Positions 13,001 through 26,900 of a DNA stretch of 64,000 nt are shown piece by piece. A model generated the notes under the pieces. That model saw only the letters and a list, made by a program, of their open reading frames with translations. It was not told where the DNA came from and made no database searches. How positions within the stretch are numbered: position 1 is the first letter of the stretch; each line of letters begins with the position of its first letter. The translations under genes and the position numbers were made by a program. Origin of the DNA: Yuukianura sp. NJ FZ-2021 (taxonomy: Eukaryota); NCBI GenBank assembly GCA_046563655.1, contig CM102283.1, positions 9,858,001 to 9,922,000 of the forward strand, read 5' to 3'.

Positions 13001-14440
13001 GTAGCTGGTGAAATGTACTTGTTTCTGTCTTCTTCTCCTTGTTTCTGATTGAGTTATTTGAGTTGAGAAACTTTCCATTTCCGGATCCCTTTCCTCTCTC
13101 TTACTTTCTCACAAACTTCTTCTCCGCTTGTCCTCTTTCTCCAAATCAAAAATCAATAGACAACCACTGGTTTCATACACAAAAACAACTTTTACTTTTC
13201 TACCACTCACATGTCTCTAAACTCAAAATAACCCACGCTCTCCTCTTTTTATTGTTTTTCCAAGAGTTTGATTCTGATTCAATTTCAGCTTCGTTTTCAC
13301 TTGTCTTCGTGAGACGAAAATGAAAAGTGTGCCTGTGTTTTTTCATTTTTGGGAAATAATAAAAGATGAAGAGTATTTATTTTGTTGTCCCAAGATGATT
13401 GGTGGAAGTATTTGTGGAGAAAGTGTGTCCTGTGTTGGCCTCCTGCCTTGAGCCTTTGTTTTCATTTCTATCTTCCGATCATCTTTATTTTTTCGGTTGA
13501 CGTGAGACAGGAAGGGAATTGAAAGAGTGCTGAGTCGACTGACTTTCTCCTGACAAAATAAGAGTTGGAAGTTGGCCTGGAGGCAGAAGATGTTGAGGTT
13601 TCCAGCACACAAACCAATCACTCACTCAGCAGTGCACACAACAAACAAAATAAACGTCAAGGCTCCAACGCTTCTCTGCGATTAATAACAACTTCCCAGG
13701 ATTTGTGGGTTTTTGAAGCGGAAGAGGTCAGAGGTCAGCCTGAGGTCATTTGAAACCAAGGTGAAAGAGGATCTGGTGTGGTTTAATGGGCCTAATAGCC
13801 CCTCATCGCTCCATCATTCATGGGTTTCTGTGAGAAGTTTCAGTTTACAATTAGAGAGGGGCGTCACAGCCTCCCGCGTCCAATCTCCAACAAAGTCAAC
13901 TTTCTCGGTGGCCAAAGTGACACGTCAATGTTGAAACTTGAGACTGTCTCTGCTCAGACGAAAATGCTAAAAACAAAGTTTATTGTCGTTGTAAAGGCAG
14001 AGTCTCTTGGTCTATCTTGATCTTGTGGTGGTTTAAGGGAAAGTTGTGGAATTGGAAAGTGGAGACCAATCAAATGTCTTAACAACCCAACAGCCAATCA
14101 CAAACCAGCTTCACACTGTTTCTCATTTTAGCACTCTTTTTCAAAAACTATAAATTTACAAGGCTACCAACTCCGCACTTTGCTAGATTTCAATCATCTT
14201 TTGCCCAAATTCAACAGACTGCGAAAAAAATTAAACATTTTTGAAAAAAAGATGCTAGTGATTCTGAAAAAGTTGAACTTTTTTGTGCTGATTTGTGGTT
14301 TTGGAGAAGCATGAAAGTGAAAGTAGAAGCGGTTGATGTGATTCTGTCATTTCCTGCATGTTTTGCTTTCTGTTCACTCCAAATTATTTATAACTGAATG
14401 TGAAATTAGAAACTTTCAAAAGCCTTTTCAAATAAACTTA

Positions 14441-14547
14441 CCGTAAAACTTCCAATAAACGCCTGGCGTATATTAAAAATCTTAACTTTCTCCTGTCAGT
14501 TCATTGCGACCCGGCTCTTGCTTGAGCTTCTAATGGAAGTTTTACGG
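14441..14547. mobile_element. MITE, Tc1/mariner superfamily (Tc2/pogo-like), ~107 bp
   Basis: TIRs ccgtaaaacttcca(a/t)ta (16/17 match) at both ends, flanked by TA at 14439-14440 and 14548-14549. Confidence 0.7.
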
Positions 14548-17500
14548 TAACGTGCATGAGATGGAGTCTTTGAGCCAGAACTTCACAAAACTAGAAGTGG
14601 CCTAATGCTCAACCGCTGCAAAACCTAAAAAAGAAAAAGTAGAGTTGGTCGTAAAAGCCAAAAAGCCTGGAACGTGAGTTTGTGTTCAAGTTCAAAGGAA
14701 AAATTTAGTGAGAGAGCAGCCTACTTTGCCCGGCAGAAAGTTCTTAATTATCCAATGCATTTGGCTCTACACAAACCAGAAACAGAAAGATGTGCACAAA
14801 TAAAAAGTTCTCTTTTTGAGTAAAAGTGGAGTCAAGAGGAAGTCTTAAGTTAGTTAAACTTTTGTGAACAAAAGTTTTATTTCTGGTGGAATATTAGGCA
14901 TACATGAGTCTGTTCCACTCATTTCCAATTGCCTTGTTCAATTGGACGGATATTGAAAGGAAGAGGAAAGTTTTGATTAGATCAGCTTTCCTCCACTCTA
15001 CTTACAAACTCTGCATAAAAGAACATCAAACTTTTACTATTTTAAAAAGTTAGACTCCCAAACCACCAAAATTCTACAAGGAAACTAACCATGTAATTTA
15101 ACTTTCTCCTCAACCTTGGATAGACTACTAAAAATCAAGAATATTAATTAGCCTCATTTTTTTTTACTTTTTTACTTTCTAAAAAGTGAACTTTTTTTAT
15201 ACTTTGAGTTTTCTTCTTTGCTAACGAGGAATTCTGTTGGAATAAACGGAAAATCGCAATTTTCAGAAAAACTGAATGAAAAAAGTTATTTTTGCTCAGG
15301 AAATTTGGTTTAAAATTAAATGCGGGTAGAAGCTTTTGTAACTTCCAGGGTAAAACTCGGTTTTTGGATTTTTTTTATCAAAATGCACACGAGCTGAAAA
15401 TTGGATAGGATGCTGCTACAGAAATTTTTAAACTAACGTAAGCAAAAGTGGTATTCAAAACCGCCAAGTTCAAAAACCGAATTTTGTTTTAAAGTTTTGA
15501 AATTGTTAAATGACAAAACGGAGGGGGAAAGGTGTTGATGAGAGAAAAGAAGACGGGGAAAATAAAAATGAAAAATATGAGGGGGTTTATGAGCCAAAAA
15601 CGTAACATTTTTTCCTGTTGGGAAAAAATGAAGAAAAATGAAGTTTGTGAGTTGGGCATAAGCTTTTTTATTCCGGGAGGTTTTAGATTCTAGTCTGGGC
15701 TTCTTCTTTAATAATCCAGAATGATTATTAGATGGAGAAAGATTCTTTGTAAGAAAAGGAACGTGAATGGAGTGCTCAAGTAACTCTAGCAAAGGAAAGT
15801 GACAAAGACAGAAAGGCCGCGAAGCAAAAAAAAACGAAAGTTTAACAACGCCGCTTTTCTCCAGTTTCTTACGAAGCTTAAACTTTTTTTGTGGGAAGCG
15901 TTTTTGCCGTTGTGCAGTACCTGGAGGAAGATGAAGGGCGGCATTAAAAGCCTTTGGCTTAAGAATGAGTTTAAGAAAGGCTCATCTGGACGTATTTAAA
16001 AAAAGCGCGCGCGCCGTGAGCGCGCTCAAGTTCGTATTACGGTGGAAAAAAGTTTATTTTCTTTTGAGTTACAGAGGGAGGGGATTAAGCCTCTTGAGCA
16101 TAAGAAGGGAGAAAGTTTCTTTGGCGCTTAATCCGCTTTCATCATAATTGTAACGAAAAAAAAAGTAGTGGTTTTTTGGCGGAACTTCTTTTGTGGTTTA
16201 AATCTCCCACCATAATTCAAAAGTTTTTAAAAAAATTTCTCTCTTTTCCTGAGTTGGGGGAAGATTAGGTCTTTTAAGATGCGGCAAATATTGGTTTTGT
16301 AAAAATTGTGTTGGAGAAGTTCTTATCGATCCATCTTGAGTGATGGGCCTTTGGGGCACTGAAAAACTCAAATTTAAACTTTTCCTCCAACAACAAACTA
16401 AATATTTACTTTTACATTTTACAACTACTATTTCATTAAGTATAATGAAAGGGGCAATTAAGTTATTTATGTTTCCAAATTAAAAATTCCCCAGGGTAAA
16501 ATCAACTCTTTTCCGAACTGTTTATGTTCCGAACGGGAGCAAAGCACTGCGTTTTTCATTTTGATGAGGGGAGTTATGTTGCTTACTTTGGATTTTTGTT
16601 TACTTGAGAAATTTAAACAAGAGTTGAGGAAAATTTAATTGGAACTTTTTTCTTTTGAGTTTACTTTGGAAGAAAGTAGAAGTTGAGGAATTTGTGAGGA
16701 AGTGGAAAGAGGATCTTCTATTTGATTTGATTACTAATTAGAAAACCTGAATAGAATTCTACACTTTGTAGCTCCAGGCTACTCACAAACTTCCTCTGAA
16801 TAGACTCAGCGAGGTAAAACTCAAAGAGAAAGGAGGAAGCGTAACCTTTGACCTTTGGCTAAATTTCAACTCGTGAACAACTTTTAGCGCCTGTTCTTTG
16901 TCCACTCCTTGAGTTAAAGTGAAAGTGGGAGCAAAAGAGGTTTTTAGCTGTTATCTTGAGCCATGCTGTACTTTGGTTGTGTGTCTCCCTTGACAAATTC
17001 AATCTGCGAGGGAAGTGAAGTATGACTTTCTTATTATTTTGTGAAATGGAGATTGGATCATGCTGTACGTGTGTTCGTTCCCTTGACAAATCTAGTCGTG
17101 GTTTCCAAAAGCCTATCAAAAACTACCCACCGTCATCCGTCACTTGGCCCAACGTGTTCAGCGGACTAAAATGGAGCTGGAGAGCCACATTAGCATAAAG
17201 CCCCGCCATGGTGGGGCCTCAAGCCACCGAAAGCCCAGTCGTGCGGATAACGAGAACACAAAGCACAAAGTCACCAAGTATTAACAATTTCAAAAACGAA
17301 CATGAAAATGTGTTCTAGTTAAAACTCGTTTTAAACATCTCGAATGTAAAAGTAAGAACGGCAAAGTTTGAACTTGGCTCTTTGCTTAACTCTTTCTTCA
17401 GATTTCCAACATGGAATTTAAAAAAAAGCAGTCGAAAGTTGAGTGGGAATATTTAAAATTTCAGTAGTTGCTTTAGGAAAACCAAAGTTTCAATACTTTT

Positions 17501-18217
17501 TGAAACTCTTTTTACTTATTTAATGACCACTCAAACCACAAAACAGAATCTGGAAACGGAAGTTACTATTTTGGCTAATTTGAGCCTCAAAACTTTGTGT
17601 TTTGTGAAAAATGAAGATGGATTTGTCGTAAATGTGTTCCATGTGAACAAGTAATGGAGACGCACAACTCCCTCCGAGTTTTCCAACTTCCTGGCACACA
17701 AAGTAGAAGTTTGGAAGTGAAAGTTGAATAAAATATCGAAGTCCAATGACAAATCGTCCCTCACTCTTTCCTCCTCTCTTCAATTTCCCCCAGGAATTTT
17801 GGAACTTGGACTTTCCTGCATCACTTTCACTTTCCCACAAAAAAGGAAGGAGTTCCTTGACTGAAATTTATGTACATGGACTTGCATCTTTTAAATCTTC
17901 TGCCTCACTCCAGCATCAAAACTCCGCAAGGAAACTGATGAAACTATCAACCTTACACTTTACTCTCTCCGCATTTTCCATGTTTCCTCTTCTCCTTTGT
18001 ATTTCAATTTGTTAGTAAACAGGAAGGAAAAAGACAGTGCCACTAAAATTTTACAACCTTCTTCACTTTCCTTTTTTCATCTTGCACAAAAACCGGTCTG
18101 CCAAATGACGCTTGCGTCCACAAATCCACTCAACTTATAGCACAACTTCACTTAATTTCCCTACCAAAATTTGATGTTTTTCCATCCAGTTGCAAAATTT
18201 TAAGTGATGTTCAAAAG

Positions 18218-18381
18218 CAAGGTTTGTTGACTGATTTTCTTTAACAGGTTGGGTAACACATCATGCTTTTTCGATTTTGCAACTTTTCATTTCGGAGCAT
18301 AATTTTAAATTTTGTCATTTCTTGTCAGAGTAGTACTCAACCTGTTAAAGAAAATTAATTTTTCGTTGTCACGGAACCTTG
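18218..18381. mobile_element. MITE (~164 bp) with imperfect TIRs and a 9-bp TSD
   Basis: Ends caaggtt...aaccttg. Internal inverted arms ttttctttaacaggttg(g/a)gta. Direct repeat gttcaaaag at 18209-18217 and 18382-18390. A related single end occurs at ~33871-33912. Confidence 0.7.
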
Positions 18382-19152
18382 GTTCAAAAGTATGCTTAAT
18401 TTGATGAGCTTGTCGTCGCCTAACCGCTTTTTAATCCTTGCTTTAAAGTTTGAGTGTTGTCGTTGTAATTTTTTCTGGTTGTTGGGCACTGTCGTGGGTC
18501 ATTGGTCATAGTTTTATTTTTATGATGATGTTAAGTTAATGTTGTCGTTCCAGCTGAGATTGTGCAGAGTCCTGCTGTGTTCAAATTGGAAATGGATTTT
18601 CCTAAAATTCCTTTTTCGTTTATCTTCTGTTCAGATTTTGTAGAAAAGTGGAGAAAGGAGCAATAATTTAAACAAATTGCTACAGTTAAGAGAGTCATAA
18701 ATTTAAGTATTGAGAGGCACGGAAGGACAGAGCTCAGTTCCAGCAGCCTCCACCTTCCCAGAAACACACGAACGGAGATGATGAATTGGTTGGTTCAATA
18801 CGAAAAATCCTACACGCCTCCTTTGAATTTGGGAACAAGTCACAGTAGAAATTGGATCCATAACGGCTACACAAATTCAAACTCTAAATCCACTCTGACA
18901 TTTTAGCACAAAAAAAAAGTCATGCACTTTCTCTTTCACAAAACCAATGTCGTTTGCTCAACAGAAGCTAAAACGGAAATGTTTAGGAAAATTGTGCTTT
19001 TGTGTAAAGTGTTTTATGAAATATTTTTTATAAAATGTGTAATAATAAAATCTCTTTTGTCTTTTTAGCTCAAGCTCAAGGGAGAAGGATCTTTAAGGCT
19101 GATTTAGAAGCACTGCAATATTGGTCGTCCTTCACTTTGGTCACACACCATC

Positions 19153-19164
19153 ATGGCTCAAGAG
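19153..19164 (+). CDS. Glut1: Candidate alternative first coding exon of Glut1 (MAQE)
   Basis: Exon 19069..19164 is bounded by ctttttag| and |gtaagt. ATG GCT CAA GAG ends in phase 0, compatible with direct splicing to the TM1 exon at 30194. Confidence 0.5.
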
Positions 19165-20936
19165 GTAAGTCAAAATAATTACACTTTCATTTTCTAAAAC
19201 ACTTCAAATGTAAGTTTTTGCTGTCTGAACTGTGACCTTCAGTGCATGAAAGTAATCATAAAAGTGGAAAGTGAGAGAAGGAGAAAGTGGTGTAAGTTAA
19301 AAAGCGTGAAGCGAGGTGTGTTTGAGTGTGCTGTGTTGCATGACACTTTAGTTTGTTGGAATTTGAATTCTGAAGTGACTGGAGACAAGGGAGGAATGGA
19401 TTAGGAGGATATGCGAAGTAGGAGATTAAAGCGTAGCTTCCGCCCTGACTTTGACAAATTATAGCCATTCACCACACCAAAATCAACGTCAAACCAACAC
19501 AACTTTCTTCAAACACACACAAGGAAAATACTGGCGTCGGGGACTTTCAATTTCAAAAAATACAGGCGCCACGAAAGAAAGTCAAAAAATTACTTAAGGG
19601 CACAACAGATTCCAATTTCAAAAAATATACGCGCTCAATGAAAAAATATGAAAGGAAGTCAAGAAATTGTCTACTTAAGGCACAACATATTCCAATTTCA
19701 ATTTCTAAAGCTTTGTTGCCTTTTTGAAGGAACGTAGAAGCTAAAACCTAAATTTTGGAAAGTTGAAGTTATTCACGACGAAATTGTATTCATAAGTTAG
19801 ATATTGTCAAAGTTGAGCCATTTCTGTTTCATTTTAAAATTTGAACATAACCGCCTCCCAGAATGTTGTTAAATACAAGAGTTAAAGTTAAATTAAGTTT
19901 TGAAAGGAGTTGAATAAGTAAGTCTAATCAAGGCTCTTCATGCTGAATCACCCTGTACAACTTTGAACTCTTACAAAATGCAGACTCTGAAAGAAATTCA
20001 AATGGAGAGAGAAAGTTGTGTTGAGTTTCGTGAATTGTTGTGCAGAATAAGTCTGTTTCCACTTTGTTCATTGAACACTTTCTTTTGGAGATGAAGTTGC
20101 ATGGCGGAAAATGAAGGTTTTGAGAGGAGAGAAAGTTGGTTTGAGTTGAACTGCTCTCGCAGTCTCCCCTCGTCCACCAGTCATGTTCTGAATTCAAAGT
20201 CCCGGGAAAAATTGAACTATTTTCTCATCTCCAAAGACTTCTCTTTAGTACAAGAGATGGATTATGCTGCTCTAAAGGACAAGATAAAATTACTACCAGG
20301 AGAAAGCTAGATGGGGATTTGAGGCACAAACCAGTTCTTAAACCCCTTCAAGCGAACCATTCACTATCTTAACCTTTGAACGCTCGCTCCACTTCACATT
20401 CAACACAGAATTACACAAATTCCATTTTTCAACAATTACATTTCAACCATTTTGCGTAGTTTAGGCTAGTGGAGAAAGTTTTTTTTAAATTTTACTCTCT
20501 AAATATTTGTTTTTCTATTACTCAATTTGTTTCCATATTTTTGAAATCTTGTTACTTGGATTTTTCTTGTGCAAAGTCGAGGAAAAACATAACATTTTTA
20601 GTTTGATGAGATTTTCCCCTTAAATCCACTTAGGAAAATTTGACTTCGAAAAAAAAAGCACAATTTTTTTTAAATTGATCAAATAAACTAATTCACTTTT
20701 TCTTAGTTTTATGGAACCGCTGCAAATGATGTCTTTCGACTTTTTCAAAATTCATGTTTCATTTTGAGCGAAGGTGAACTGTAGAAAGTTTATGATTGTT
20801 CTGAAAACTTTGTTTTAAATTTTTGAAAGGTGGAAGTGGCCTGCAGTGTGGAAGTGAGAAGTGGAGACTTGGATGAAGCCTTGCAGACTGGGAGTTGTGG
20901 TTGTAGGAGGAAGAAGACTGCGGAGACAATGTCGCC

Positions 20937-23900
20937 ATGTCGCCAACTGCACTCTTCCCACCATTTTTCAGGAGTATGGGCGCATGTTCTGAAGACAAAG
21001 GGCCCATGAACAACAACGCCTCCCCCTCTCCTGGACTGTCACAGTTGCCTTCGTCCTCCAACATCCTCCAAGGTCAAGGGCCCCCCACCACTCGCTCCTC
21101 AGTCGTAGGGACCCCCCAGTCTCAGACTTCGGGCATTTCCGCCCTCTCGGAACTCTCCGGAGAGAGAAGCATCTCGGGACTGATCGTGAGTGGGCATGGG
21201 ACGCTGCTCAGAGGGCAGCAGCATCATGGCCCCCCACCCAATCTCCTCCCCCAGTCTCAACACTACTTCAGACCCATCATCCCCCACCACCAAACCCACC
21301 ATCACCATCGCCCCTACCACCAAGGTCGTCATGACGACTTTGACCTCACTTCAGACTCAGATGCCAGCTCATCCATCATTGGCCCCCCTCCGCCCCTCCC
21401 CCTCTTGCCGGGATCCCTTGGCAGACCCCCCTCCGACCATCACTTGACTCCCAGACTCCCCTCCATCTACAACGGGGAACCACCACCTCCAATTCCATCG
21501 AATCCCCCCGGTTCAGGTGAGAAAAACTACATTTCAACATTTCTCTCCTGCAAACATGAAATTTAACAAAAATTTGCACTTTTCTTTCTCTACAAAAATG
21601 AAACAACTTTTTGAACAATTCCATTCTTACAAAAATGAAATTTTGTAGTACCGCAGTAAAATTTTACAGGTTTAGTACTAAACATTTTATTTATAAATTC
21701 TACAAACAAAAGGGAGAAAGTCTAAGTATTTTCAGTGGAATTGAATCCATTTGGCTGCAAAATGATTTTGAATTCCAACTTTCTCTCCTGGTTGTGTATT
21801 GAAAAAGTGGAGTTTAAATTGCGGAATGGAGAGCGTGTTTTTTGTAGGATTGAGAGCATTTATTTGGATGGAGAAAGTAAGAAATAAAGTTTCAATTGTG
21901 AGTGTGAGTATTGGGGAGAGAAAGTTAACTGGATTCAAAGTAGAGCAGAAGGGAGGAAGCACGTAGAAGACAGGAAATGCGACTGGAATTTGAGAAAAGA
22001 TGAAAAGGAGGTTTGAGCTGGCGGAGCGTCTTGCCTGAAGGTTGTGGAAATGGACCATTTTGGAGGCGAAATGGGGGCAGTGCTGGCGTTATTGTTGACG
22101 GGAAGTCGTACACTTTTGTGTTTCGTCTCTCTGGCACTATAAAGTGCATCCCATCCTGCGTCATTCCTCCTTCTTGGCTCCACCAGAACTAACGTCAAAC
22201 ACTTTCACTTTTGGAAAGGTCAAAGCATGAGCGGAAGTGGGGCAGAGAGCCTGGCACAATTAAGCTCCACATCCATTTCCACTCCTAAACTCTAATCTAA
22301 TTACCAGAGGCGCAAAACATATTTTCTTACATATTACATATTTTTATATTTTTAAAAAATATTTCTTGAAAAAAAAAATAGAAAAAGTATTTAGCAAAAT
22401 ATTCTAAGATTTTGCCAAAAAAGTGGCATTTTTGCAAATTTTATACTATTTGTCATGCACAAATCGTTTATCAAGGGTCCATGTAGTGTTGGGATAATTT
22501 TTCTTTATATAATTTTCAAAAATAGTCACAACATAGCCACAACATAGCCACAACATAGTCACAACATAGCCACAACATAGCCAGAACATAGCCAGAACAT
22601 AGCCACAACATAGTCACAACATAGCCAGAACATAGTCGCAACATAGCCAGAACATAGTCACACCATAGTCACAACATTGTCACAACATAGCCACAACCTA
22701 AATATTTCACTGATTTTTACTACATATTTCACCGGTTTTAACAACATATGTTTTGCGCCTCTGCTAATTACACAATTCACTCCCGAATCATCCCAAACAC
22801 AAAGAACTTACTAAATTTTGAAATTTCCACATCCACACGATTTCAAAAAATTTAAAATGAAATCAATAAATGAGAGACTGATTAGGGTGAAATTTGAGAG
22901 ATGCAGTCTGGCATGAAAGTTGTGCAGAAATGATGTTCCTAATTGCAAAGTCGATTTCTCAACTTTCAAATTTCCATCGCATCTCTCCTCATTTCCATTT
23001 TGATCTAACATGGAACAGAGTTATTAAAAATTCCAGACCATACTCATCGGTGGTTGTACTCTTTTTAATCAAAGTTTGTGTTAAAAAGCTAAGATGAAGT
23101 TACGTTTTTGTGTTAAAAAGGGAAGATTAAGTTAAGCTTTTGTGTTGAAAAGTGGAGAGTAAGTGAAGTTTTTGTGTTAAAAAGGATAAATTGAGTTGAG
23201 TTTTGGTTGTTTAGGGTGGATGTCTGGAATCTTCAGTCCGACTGGTCAGTCTACGGGAAGTGGTGCTCTTCGGTTCGACGACTCTTCTTTCCTGGGCACT
23301 TCTGATGCTTGCTCTTCCCCTGAAACCGGAAACAGTCTTCCGCGTACCACCAAGATCACAAAGAGAAAACGACCACCACGACCACCACCCAGGAGACTCA
23401 AGTCAGAAGACTTTACACTCCCAGAAGAAGATGATCGCAACATGGACGAAGAAGATGACGAAGATGATCCTCATTTACGCCACTTGATTGCCAGGTACAC
23501 CACTTTTCAAAACACTTTTTAAAACGCCTTCACCCATTTCCTCTCCCATTCTCCTAAAACTTTACTTTCTCTCTCTCCATTCACTTTTATGGTAACTAAC
23601 TATCATTACTTTCATTCACCTCTGGTTGATTTCACTCTTTTTTTTTTAAAACTATTCAACTTTACTTTTTTTTTCCTTCAAGCGCCAACATTCAAAATAT
23701 TTAAAATTCAAAATGCTTCAGTCAAAATGTTTAGACTTTTAAAGGCGCGTCTTTGAAAATATTTGAATTGGGCTTCTGATGCAAAAGGCACGTAGACTTC
23801 TAAAGTGACAACTGGAGAGAAGGGGCTCAGAAAACAACTTGTTCACAAATCCACTTGAACGGAGTGGTGATGATCAAGGGCCCTTCAAGTCCCTCACTAT

Positions 23901-26900
23901 TAATCAGCATTAACAACCCTATTTCTAAGATTTTTGAAAAGGAGCAAAAACTTTTATGAAATTGTCAAATTTGGAACCCATTTTTGGAAATTCCGAATTC
24001 CTGGCAAGGCGGAAGCAGCTAAAACGTCAATCCTAGTTTCTGAAAAGTCTAAACTTTTTTTTTCCACTCCAAAGTGTCAACAGACTGAAGTGACAGCCCC
24101 ACTCTTTTTTTTTGGATCGAATAAGTCAAGTGCATGTAGGGCAAGGTAGAAAGGAAACCTCACTTTTTATTTCAAAAGAATTTATGAAATGTGTCAAAAC
24201 CGTAACTCCCGTTGTACAAAAAAATTGGAACATTTTTTGAAAAGAAGAAATGAAAAGCTCTCTGGGGTGAAAAAATTGTTCGGTGGATTGACAATAATCA
24301 AGGAAGAGAGAAAGTGCGAAGAGATTTCGTTGAGTTTGATCGAAATTTTGTACAAGTCGGGAGGGATTTGGAGAAAGTCATTGGTGAGCGGCGTTTATTC
24401 CATTAGTTACTTCCTCCATCCTTTGTCCCCTCATCATCTCCAATTCTCTCTCCACAAAAAACGTAATCTGTCTTCGTATTGGACCAAGACGAAAGTCTGA
24501 CATTAACTGATTTATAACACTCACAAGAACCTGCTTCTCCTAAGCCGCAACGCTCAAAATGTCACTTTTTCCAATCGATAAATTTTGAAAAATTCTCCTT
24601 TTCAAAAAAATCGGGAAAAGGCTTTAAAAATTTAGTCGTTACATCATTTTACGCTTCCTCCAATTTTTCACAGTTAAGGCACCGCTTGTCTTGTAACCAA
24701 AGACAAATTTTATGGCAAAGAAGATTTTATAATTTTCATTTTCAAAGTTGCAGAATGTCTTTTTTTAAACAGAAAATCAAATCCCGAAACCAATCAGAAT
24801 ATTTTAACGTAGTGCTGCAAATTGTTGAGAGTTTTCCTGAATGGCCCTTTTTAATTCAAATTTTGTGCCTTTTTTGTTGATGTGTTTGAGTTGTTGGGGA
24901 AAAGCGTTGGCCGACACGGGTTTCCTCTTAGGCTTGGCGCCATTTTGTTATGCAAATGACATTTGGGGGAGCCATTGTGGATTTTGAGGAGGGTTTGCAT
25001 TAGAGAGTGGAATGTCTCTGGGGAGGAGGAGGAGGAGGAGGGAGGGAGTAAATGACTTGTCGTGAATCATTGTCCAGTGTCCATTAGCATACAATCAGAG
25101 ACTCTCTTTTGGAATTTGTCTTTGTCTGCCCTCCAGTCACCTTGGAGGGGAATGGGTGAAAGTGGGGAAAGGTAGAGAGTCGTTTGGAGGCGGAAATGAT
25201 GAGGATCGTTCTCTTTCCCAGCCACTTCTTCCGCTCCTGGGGATAGAAAGCCATTTGAAGCGGAGCTGGACGGAGGGCGCACTAAACAATGGCTACGCTT
25301 GTCTGCTTCTGACTGCTTTATTCAGGCGGGAAGCAAAGAAGATGGACCACAACTCCCTTCTGCCTCTGACTCACTTCTCCCAACGGTTCACGGTCCAGCA
25401 CAGTCCACGGCGTCGCAGTGGCACTTTCTTCTACTTTCAAAGGAAACCAGCCTTCAATTCTCAAATTTCTCCAAGAAATAAACAAAAGGCGAACAGTAAG
25501 CGCCGCACAAAAACGCACCCGAAGACGCCGGAATTCTGAATTAATTTGAGTCCAACCGCCGGAAGTTGATTAAAAGCTTAATTGATTTAAGCGTTGGGGA
25601 ACTATTGAGTTTTTGAGTTGGTCAAATGACGGGAGTGACCACTCTACCTTAGTCTAATCCTCGCTTAGTTTGGGTTTCTCTCGCTCTATTAATTCCAACA
25701 TTCCCGTTCTCTGGAAATGAAATTTTCTACTAAACATTGAAGTTAATCAGTTGAATGGAAACCTCAGTTGCAATAATTCATGCCACAGCACAAACCAAAC
25801 GTTGGACAACTTCTCCATTAACTCCAATTCAAAATCTCCCACACTTTGTCCGATAAGAACTTTCACGCTAAAGTTATGCCCATTCTTCCCTTCAACTTTC
25901 ACTTTCAACTCAACTTTACACATTTTTTTTCCAACCGCCGCTGAAAAAAAAAATCATAACGTATAGCTCCCAAATCTAAAGGACAGTTTTACTCTCATTC
26001 TGATTCTCATCATAAAGAAAACTTTCTCCAATTCTTTCGACTTTAAGGTTTTTAAAACTTTTTTTTTGACCTGTATGCAATACTGTTTGATTAAATCTTA
26101 AAAAGTAAAATAAGAGGCGGATTCTTTTTAAAACTTGACCACGCTTTTTAAAAGTAATTCTTTTAAAAGTTGTTTTTGAAAAGTTAAGCTGTAATGTAAG
26201 CTGGAACGGAAATGAGGTTTATGTCAGAGTTGGACTTTGGTCACCTAAAAGGTCACGACCTCTGCTTAATTCTGAGTTTTGTCACACACGCATGCCACAA
26301 AGACGATGATTGATTTGGTCATTTCGACTCCAATTTTAACAAAAGCGGAGGCATGTCGTGCGTAACCCAATTTGGACTTTATGAGAAAGTGAAAGAGAAA
26401 CGGCGGTTTGTGTGTCTTCTCGACTTAATAGTTATTGCATGTTTTCCTGTTCACAACTTCCTCTAAACAATTCATTAAACCCAGTCCACCAAATTTCAAA
26501 ATTTACTTTTTTTTTAATTTTCTAAATTTTCAAAATCAACGTCATGCTACCAAAGTCTTAATTTATTTTCAGAAACTCTCATGGAGGAGCGAGGATCGTG
26601 GACTACGGGTAAGAAAAATAAAGTTCTACTTTTCAAATTACGTGTTCTTAAAACTTTGAGGTAGAAAAGATCACTTTCAAAATAACTTTTTTTAAAAAGC
26701 GCTGGTTGTGTTTTGATTTTTGGAGGTCTTGGCCGCGTGACACGCCGTCGCCCGTGGCTTCTTCTGGCTACCAGCAAATGGCTGTAATGACGATGAGCAT
26801 GGGCGGGCGACTGGACGACATGCAAGCAGACGACGACAAGTCGCTGGACACTGCCATGGCACTCACGGAGATTCGGACGCAGTTGCAGGAACTGACCAAG

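Noticed and set aside
7400-19000. Many 60-160 aa ORFs
   Set aside because: Rich in F/K/L/S, often with non-ATG starts, no recognisable domains or exon chain; consistent with AT-rich non-coding DNA.
16960-19705. Degenerate local duplications at ~16961/17059 and ~19545-19705
   Set aside because: Short, diverged, no TIR or TSD; no function can be supported.
22522-22697. Regular repeat array resembling CRISPR
   Set aside because: 11-bp head-to-tail units without spacers, eukaryotic context, no cas genes; it is a minisatellite inside a MITE.
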